IMG/VR virus record: IMGVR_UViG_3300029319_000006
Location: 64,001-128,000 of that record
DNA length: 64,000 nt
Reading direction: 5' to 3' (one strand)
DNA from: a virus
In this document: positions 57,880-64,000 of the stretch, piece by piece
Layout: every line of letters begins with the position of its first letter
How positions within the stretch are numbered: position 1 is the first letter of the stretch
Notes under the pieces: model-generated
What the model saw: only the letters and a program-made list of their open reading frames with translations
Database searches by the model: none
Told to the model about the DNA's origin: nothing
Position numbers and translations under genes: made by a program

Positions 57880-58673
57880 TCCGTTACTGGTAAGTTAACA
57901 ACTCTATCAATTTTTTCAGGGTCAAACTTATTAGCTCCTGCTAATTGTACATGAACAAAATTACTTTGATCTCTAAGATCTACTACGGGTCTTGGATCTT
58001 TTGTATCTGGTTGATAATGTACACTACTGTTCCATTTATAATCCATTGTTATCCAATTCATTTTAGCTACTTCTAACATAGCATGTAGATATGGTTGATC
58101 ACAAGTATAAAATTCTGGTAATCCTGAATTTTGAATCATAGAAGTATATAATTGAAATTTTAGAAATTTATATTTTGCTTTTAACATTCCAGGTTTAGAA
58201 TAAACTACAACTCCTGAATTATATACTTTAGGTAAACCAGATTTTGTTCTTGGAAGTTTCACGTTAAAGAATGCTTCTATAATTTTTACCCATCTTTCAT
58301 CATTCATATTATTAATACCAGCAATAGTATGTTTAGTTCTTACATCAGGAGCATTCCATTCTTCACATATTCCTATATCAATTGGTGTTCCTTTAAATTG
58401 ATCAAATATATTTTCTGTTAATCCTATTACTGGAAATACATCAGTATCTACATATAAAACATAATCATAATGTTCAGACATATAATCATTAAATATAGGT
58501 TTAAATGATCCATAATGAGAGGAAAAAGAACCTAAATTAGTAACAAACTTAGGATTATGTTCGTATACATATTCAGAATTTATTTCCTCAGCATAACGTC
58601 TCATACATTTTACGCTATGTTCACTTTCGCTGGTTTCTTCACCATCTCTGTATTGATATATTAATGTCCTCAT
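57867..58673 (-). CDS. Glycosyltransferase, GT-A fold
   Basis: YDYVLYVDTDVF, YNSGVVV, DQPYL, KWN, FVH. Confidence 0.8.
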   Translation of the reverse strand: MRTLIYQYRDGEETSESEHSVKCMRRYAEEINSEYVYEHNPKFVTNLGSFSSHYGSFKPIFNDYMSEHYDYVLYVDTDVFPVIGLTENIFDQFKGTPIDIGICEEWNAPDVRTKHTIAGINNMNDERWVKIIEAFFNVKLPRTKSGLPKVYNSGVVVYSKPGMLKAKYKFLKFQLYTSMIQNSGLPEFYTCDQPYLHAMLEVAKMNWITMDYKWNSSVHYQPDTKDPRPVVDLRDQSNFVHVQLAGANKFDPEKIDRVVNLPVTEWKL

Positions 58674-59365
58674 TAGAAACCCTTGTATCTTTTTTGATAA
58701 TTATGTATTTGTTGAACTATATCTTTTTTAATAAAAACTGCATCAATTTGATTCCATATTCCTTTTCTTATTGCTACATGATGTACTCCTGATGGAACAA
58801 AATCATGTTCATATAATGTTTCTATATATTGATCAAAACGTGGAGCTCCTTTGTTATACCACATAATAGGCATTTCAGTTATAATAGCTTTTGTATGTTT
58901 CAATGCTTCTTTGCTACCATTAAATATATCTATTTCTGATCCTTGAGTATCTATTTTTATAAAATCAGGTTGAGGTAATTTGTTTTGTTTAATTAAACTA
59001 TCTAAAGTAATAGTTGTTACATCTATACTATGATTTTCTAAGTAGTTATCAGTCATTTCTTGATATACGCTGTTACCGGTAGTTTGTTCTCTATCATTAT
59101 CTGATAAGTAAAATTTTACTTCTTTATCATCTTTATCAGACAACACAGCATATATTGAATGACTATGGTTATCATCTAATAATTTATTTCCTGCAAAAGC
59201 CTCAATCAAGTAAAACATAGTTTCTCTTGGAAATTTATGTTTCCATTTTCTGTACCATTTTCCTTCATTAGCTCCTATGTCATACACATTCTTAAATGTT
59301 ATTCCAGCATCTAACAATTCTTGAAGAATAAATTCTAATGTTCTTTCTGGGGATCCTGTAATCAT
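58673..59365 (-). CDS. FkbM-family methyltransferase
   Basis: YDIGANEG, TLDS, DFIKIDTQGSE. Confidence 0.88.
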   Translation of the reverse strand: MITGSPERTLEFILQELLDAGITFKNVYDIGANEGKWYRKWKHKFPRETMFYLIEAFAGNKLLDDNHSHSIYAVLSDKDDKEVKFYLSDNDREQTTGNSVYQEMTDNYLENHSIDVTTITLDSLIKQNKLPQPDFIKIDTQGSEIDIFNGSKEALKHTKAIITEMPIMWYNKGAPRFDQYIETLYEHDFVPSGVHHVAIRKGIWNQIDAVFIKKDIVQQIHNYQKRYKGF

Positions 59366-59366
59366 T

Positions 59367-60509
59367 TTACCACTCCGGTGATGTTAGTATATTATCAGGA
59401 TCTAAATTATCTTTCATCTTTTCAGCTATAAATTTAATATCATCTATAAGAGTATTTGAAAGAGTAATTGGTTCAAAACCTAAACTACGAAGACCTTGAT
59501 TATCTACTTCTAATTCATTTTCTTTTAATTCTTTTCTTGGATTAGGTACATATTGAATATTCGCACCATATTTTTCAGCACATAATTCTGCTAATTCCTT
59601 TACATTTCTTACTTCAGCAACTTGATTAAATATTCTTACTTTATTTCCTTCAGGGATACTTTCTACTGCTAATTTTATACAATTAGCTGTATCTTGAATA
59701 TGAATAAAAGCTCTAGTCTGACCTCCAGTTCCATAAACTGTTATATCATTACCAGTTGCTGCCTGAGAAATAAATCTATTTAATACTGTTCCATAGATAC
59801 CATCATAATCAAATCTGTTCACTAATTTTGGATCTAACATAGTTTCTTCTGTTTGAGTTCCCCAACATATACCTTGATGAAGATCAGTAATTTTGATACC
59901 CCAGTTTTTATTATAGAACTGAAATAGGATTTGGTCAAGAGATTTTGTCATATGATAAACACTACCAGGATTAGTTGGATAAAGTACATCAACATCTTTT
60001 TGTGTTGAATTAACTTTTATATTTAAATATCCTTCTGGTATTTTACCAAAATCTTTAGAATATCCATATACACCCATAGTACCTAAATGAACTAAATGAC
60101 ATTCAGGAACAATATTAACAATAGCATTTAGAATATTATGTGTAGTCGTAATATTGTTTTCAACAGTATATCTTCTATGCATTTCAGAAAGCATTGAATA
60201 TGGAGCAGATCTTTGTTCTGCAAAATGAATTATAACTTCTGGTTTCATTTTTTGAACATAATTCGTAAATCCTAAATAATTTATAGCAACATCAATCTGT
60301 CCAAATTTTAATGGCATACCATGTCTTAAAGCTGCATCTATTCTATTCTCCATTGATTCAATATTAGTAAGAGAATTACTATGTGTCTCTTTATCAATTT
60401 TCCTTCTGGAAAAATTATCTAATATGTGAACATCATGTCCAGCTTTAGCTAACTTCAATGAAGTTGGCCAACCACAAAAACCATCTCCTCCTAAAACTAA
60501 AATTCTCAT
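59367..60509 (-). CDS. sqdB: UDP-sulfoquinovose synthase
   Basis: GGDGFCGWPT, DNFSRR, HFAEQRSAPYSM, HLGTMGVYG, PGSVYHMTK, TDLHQG, NRFDYDG.YGTVLNRF, YGTGGQTRAFIHI. Confidence 0.93.
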   Translation of the reverse strand: MRILVLGGDGFCGWPTSLKLAKAGHDVHILDNFSRRKIDKETHSNSLTNIESMENRIDAALRHGMPLKFGQIDVAINYLGFTNYVQKMKPEVIIHFAEQRSAPYSMLSEMHRRYTVENNITTTHNILNAIVNIVPECHLVHLGTMGVYGYSKDFGKIPEGYLNIKVNSTQKDVDVLYPTNPGSVYHMTKSLDQILFQFYNKNWGIKITDLHQGICWGTQTEETMLDPKLVNRFDYDGIYGTVLNRFISQAATGNDITVYGTGGQTRAFIHIQDTANCIKLAVESIPEGNKVRIFNQVAEVRNVKELAELCAEKYGANIQYVPNPRKELKENELEVDNQGLRSLGFEPITLSNTLIDDIKFIAEKMKDNLDPDNILTSPEW

Positions 60510-60712
60510 TTTAAATCTGTACCTTCCTCATGGCATGATAATTGAATTGAATAATATTGATTACTTTCATGCCAAGACCAATTATCTAAATTAGCCATTG
60601 CTTCACATTGTTCTAATGGCATAGGTTGATTAAGAACATATTGATTTCCTATATAAACCCAATCCGTTCCTGTATTTCCCCATAAAGAAAATACTAATAA
60701 ATATTTTACCAT
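60506..60712 (-). CDS. Small hypothetical protein
   Basis: Overlapping-coupled ORF with a hydrophobic N-terminus and two Cys. Confidence 0.5.
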   Translation of the reverse strand: MVKYLLVFSLWGNTGTDWVYIGNQYVLNQPMPLEQCEAMANLDNWSWHESNQYYSIQLSCHEEGTDLK

Positions 60713-61668
60713 TGATTGCTCCCATAATAATTTCTATACCATTGTACAAATTCTTTTACACCTATTTCAATAGGAGTTTTAGGATTATATCCTAACTGTC
60801 TTATTTTAGTTGTATCAGACCATGTTTCTTTAGCATCTGCATCATGTTTTGGTCTCATAGTTTTTGCAGATGTCTTACCTAATTCTTTTTCGATTATTTC
60901 TATAAAATCTAATAGCTGAACTTGTCTACCATTACCTATATTATATATTTCTCTTTTACTCATGTTATTTGATATGATGTGTATACCGTCTACTATATCA
61001 TCAATATATGTAAAATCTCTTTTCATATCTCCATGATTAAATACTTCAATAGGTTTATCATTAAGTATTTTATCAGTGAATCCAAATAAAGCCATATCAG
61101 GTCTACCCCATGGTCCATAAACTGTAAAGAACCTTAGACCTATTGCATTAGGTATTTTAGATATATGAAACATATGTTCATTCAATTGTTTAGTATATCC
61201 ATAAGGACTTAGCTGAGGTCCTAACTTATCTGATTCTTTCCAAGGTAAAGGATTACCATGCATAACACAAGATGTTGAAGCATAAATTACATTTTCAACA
61301 TCATGTTTTTCTAATACTTGTATCAAATTTAAAGTACCAGTAACATTATTATCAACATACTCTTGAGCGTTATCCATAGAATATCTGACTCCAGCCATAG
61401 CTGCTAAATGTATAACCAAATGAGGTTTTATTTTTTTAATATATTTGTCTAAACCATGTAAATCGTATAAGTCAAGATTCTTACATTTAATTTCATATTT
61501 TTCTTTTAAATATTTGGCTCTGTCTCTTTTCAATTTAGGATCATAATACATATTAAAATTATCAAATCCATAAACTTCATATTCACCACTTTCTTCTAAA
61601 TTAATAGCTGTATGAAATCCAATGAATCCAGCCATTCCTGTTATTACTACTTTAAGAGCCATTAACAT
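60706..61668 (-). CDS. UDP-glucuronate 4-epimerase-like SDR
   Basis: TGMAGFIGFH, DNFNMYYDPKLK, HLAAMAGVRYS, GLRFFTVYGPWGRPDMA, RDFTYIDDIV. Confidence 0.88.
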   Translation of the reverse strand: MLMALKVVITGMAGFIGFHTAINLEESGEYEVYGFDNFNMYYDPKLKRDRAKYLKEKYEIKCKNLDLYDLHGLDKYIKKIKPHLVIHLAAMAGVRYSMDNAQEYVDNNVTGTLNLIQVLEKHDVENVIYASTSCVMHGNPLPWKESDKLGPQLSPYGYTKQLNEHMFHISKIPNAIGLRFFTVYGPWGRPDMALFGFTDKILNDKPIEVFNHGDMKRDFTYIDDIVDGIHIISNNMSKREIYNIGNGRQVQLLDFIEIIEKELGKTSAKTMRPKHDADAKETWSDTTKIRQLGYNPKTPIEIGVKEFVQWYRNYYGSNQW

Positions 61669-62440
61669 CCTCCATTAATTGTTTAATATTTTCTCCTCTA
61701 TTAGGCAATAAATCTTTCAAAAAGAAATGTACAAAATTGCATTCGTTTATTCTAGTATTAGCAGTATACAACCCATTCCATTTCCAGTCAAGGTTTTTTA
61801 TTTTCATGTTTTCTTCTCTAATCCATGTATTAAGAAGTGTCTGATCTGTCGACCATTTCCATGCTCCTTGACCATCTATAAAATCTTTAAACCTAGGTCT
61901 TCTTAAAAACTCTGTAGGTGTTTGACCTTTTAGATATGGAAGTATTGATTGGTTCATAACCATTACACCCATATTCATAAACTCACCACCTAATTGATTC
62001 CATTTCCAATCTACAGTTTTAATATTATGATACTGCATTTGTGAATAATTAATTATTTTTGCCTTATACTGTTCTGTGATAGGCATTTCTCTTTCTACTA
62101 CAGCAGCAAAATGATAATCACTAGGCACGCTATCAAAAATGGACTCACTGACAGAGCTCCGAACAAATACATCAGCGTCAATAACACAGACACTGTCATA
62201 GGTTTCAAGATAATTGAACGAATTTTCTTTCTCATAGATTGGAAGGAAGCCACCATATTTTTCATAAGATTCATTACTCCTATTTGTTGCGAACACATCA
62301 GGTTTAATTCTAAGAATTGGTTGGCGCTGTATTGCGTAATAAGCACCTATTCTACTTGCATATTGTTTTACTGAATCGGTACAACGATCGTATAGATTGG
62401 ATCTATTTCCCGTGTACACTTGGTAGATCAATGTCTTCAT
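61652..62440 (-). CDS. Glycosyltransferase, GT-A fold
   Basis: YDSVCVIDADVF, NMGVMVMN, DQTLLN, KWN, FVHFF. Confidence 0.8.
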   Translation of the reverse strand: MKTLIYQVYTGNRSNLYDRCTDSVKQYASRIGAYYAIQRQPILRIKPDVFATNRSNESYEKYGGFLPIYEKENSFNYLETYDSVCVIDADVFVRSSVSESIFDSVPSDYHFAAVVEREMPITEQYKAKIINYSQMQYHNIKTVDWKWNQLGGEFMNMGVMVMNQSILPYLKGQTPTEFLRRPRFKDFIDGQGAWKWSTDQTLLNTWIREENMKIKNLDWKWNGLYTANTRINECNFVHFFLKDLLPNRGENIKQLMEDVNGS

Positions 62441-63050
62441 AATCTAAGCCTATAAAATGTCTTTTTGGAGTGTAATGTTCTATGGTATTTAGTCCTTCAA
62501 TATTTACTTGTTCTATAAAGTAAAAATCATTCATTTCTTTTTGTTTTTTAGTATTCATAAAATTAGCTATATGACCATCACTATTCATTTTTATTGTTTT
62601 ACATATTGCATTGGAAATTAATCTTTCAGCAAAAAGAGGAGTAATATAATATCCAGATCCTACTGATAGATCTTTAGTACCATCTTCTCTTCTTATATAA
62701 GATAAAATTTTATATCCTTCAAACAAAATATCTTGTTCTATTGGTTTTATTAATTTTGAATCGTGTTCAATAATTATCATAGGTCTCCATTCTCTAAGAC
62801 ATTTGCACCACAAATCAAAATGGCTATACCACACGGCTTTTTCAGTAGCAGAAAATTCTCTATCTTTCCTTGCTACTGTGCCTTGTTTTAAACCAAATTT
62901 TAGTTGATTTCTATAAACTAAATCTTTAGCAGTAGTTGCTTCGTGATAAAATAAATCATAATCTCTCCAACTGTGTTTTACATGATTCACATATAATTCA
63001 GAAAGAGGATGTTCTGACATCCTTATCATAAATATTTTAAATTTTTTCAC
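62403..63050 (-). CDS. GT25-like glycosyltransferase
   Basis: TEKAVWYSHFDLWCKC...PMIIIEHDS...GYYITP..A..L; paralog of 48473..49195. Confidence 0.7.
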   Translation of the reverse strand: MKKFKIFMIRMSEHPLSELYVNHVKHSWRDYDLFYHEATTAKDLVYRNQLKFGLKQGTVARKDREFSATEKAVWYSHFDLWCKCLREWRPMIIIEHDSKLIKPIEQDILFEGYKILSYIRREDGTKDLSVGSGYYITPLFAERLISNAICKTIKMNSDGHIANFMNTKKQKEMNDFYFIEQVNIEGLNTIEHYTPKRHFIGLDYEDIDLPSVHGK

Positions 63051-63736
63051 TACATCCCATGAACATTTATTGGAAATGCATATCTTGCCATATTCATTTC
63101 TGATCCAAACTTAACAGTATTTAAAAAATCACCATGATTTTCTTCTGCTATCCATCTTTTCCATGATCTCGATAAAAACTCATCAAGAGGAATATCGATA
63201 CCAATTGGTGAATTTTTATACAAATTAGATTTACATATTTGATTAACTAAAGACCAAGCCATTTTAGGTGTAATAAAAGTCCCAAAAGAAAATAAAGCCT
63301 TGTTGGTCACAGAACCTTTAGCTAAAGGCCAAAATTTAAAGTATCTTGTATCCATGAATATTTTATCATCAATAAAATCTAAACTACCATATACAAAGGG
63401 ATCAGATAAAAAATTTCTATGAAGTTTAGCCCCCTGTTGAGTTATTATTACAGCATCATCTTCAAGCCTTCTTATTTTTCTTAAAATGTTAACATAAGAA
63501 AACCATTCTGATATTTTTTGTTTACCCAACATTTTAAATAAAGGAATTTGGTAATCATATCCACCTTGATCTAATTTAGATATCCAAGCATATTCTTGTA
63601 CAATACAATTTGTAAATCCTGATGCATAAAAGGAATTTTTTGTTAAATCAATAGCTCTTTGACCTTCAAATGTATAGGGGTCTCCAATAATATATACTTT
63701 AATATCTGGATCTAAAAAATGGCTTTTGTAGGTCAT
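63050..63736 (-). CDS. Divergent GT25-like or hypothetical protein
   Basis: EWFSY...VIITQQGA...GTFITP..A..L parallels the GT25 neighbours but lacks EHD. Confidence 0.4.
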   Translation of the reverse strand: MTYKSHFLDPDIKVYIIGDPYTFEGQRAIDLTKNSFYASGFTNCIVQEYAWISKLDQGGYDYQIPLFKMLGKQKISEWFSYVNILRKIRRLEDDAVIITQQGAKLHRNFLSDPFVYGSLDFIDDKIFMDTRYFKFWPLAKGSVTNKALFSFGTFITPKMAWSLVNQICKSNLYKNSPIGIDIPLDEFLSRSWKRWIAEENHGDFLNTVKFGSEMNMARYAFPINVHGM

Positions 63737-64000
63737 CTGTAATCTTCTAAACTAAATTTTGTTCCATACATCTTATAGTTTTTACGATCGTGATTAGTAT
63801 ACACTAAAACTTCAGGGTCATCAACTAAAAAATCACAAGTTTTACAAAAGTCTGGATAATCACCATCTCTATGTTGTTGTCTAAGTTTATTGTATTTATC
63901 TCCATTCCATATGTCAACTATTTTATTTTCACTACCATGTCCTAAAACAGCTTCATCATCTCTTCCAAGCACTTGACAACAAGGGTGAACAGCTCCAGTT
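63733..64000 (-). CDS. C-terminal SPASM domain of a radical SAM protein, 5' end outside the window
   Basis: Frame continues upstream as TGAVHPCCQVLG...IWNG..Y..LR..H...CKTCD. Confidence 0.75.
   Translation of the reverse strand, partial: TGAVHPCCQVLGRDDEAVLGHGSENKIVDIWNGDKYNKLRQQHRDGDYPDFCKTCDFLVDDPEVLVYTNHDRKNYKMYGTKFSLEDYR

Noticed and set aside
4724-62374. Many short antisense or nested ORFs (for example 4724, 18606, 20613, 29785, 44156, 50198, 62111)
   Set aside because: They are shadows of real genes, with no recognisable motifs.
52265-64000. Cluster as a DNA hypermodification system
   Set aside because: No base hydroxymethylase, thymidylate synthase-like or deazaguanine genes are in the window, and the enzymes resemble glycan rather than DNA transferases. 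It cannot be fully excluded.
1-64000. tRNA, rRNA, introns, inteins, homing endonucleases, stop-codon recoding
   Set aside because: Intergenic gaps are too short, no such motifs were seen, and genes read intact with the standard code.

Overview
64 kb segment of an AT-rich T4-like myovirus, probably marine; the host is not determinable, though SqdB and the promoter style hint at an alphaproteobacterium. 1-39.6 kb (minus strand): tail fibre and virion structural genes plus the baseplate (gp8, gp9/10-like, gp7-like, gp6, gp25, split gp5, gp27-like, gp53, gp48). A small glycosyltransferase/oxygenase cassette follows a tyrosine-repeat protein. 39.7-44.1 kb (plus strand): gp4, gp2, gp54-like, gp26, an unannotated gp51-like frame and a probable tape measure gene. 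44.1-52.2 kb: gp32, gp33, small early genes with a repeated sigma70-type promoter, guaC and iscA. 52.3-64 kb: a large glycan-biosynthesis cluster (about 10 glycosyltransferase-like genes, methyltransferases, UDP-sulfoquinovose synthase SqdB, UDP-glucuronate epimerase, apt, partial radical SAM/SPASM gene). Best candidate for a new system: phage-encoded virion protein glycosylation. Fibre and outer baseplate proteins are visibly enriched in Asp-Ser (DS) motifs resembling an O-glycosylation sequon, and some glycosyltransferase genes have T4 late promoters. A second strong finding is a probable programmed -1 frameshift joining gp26 to gp51 just upstream of the tape measure gene. All calls come from motif recognition by eye; no searches were run.
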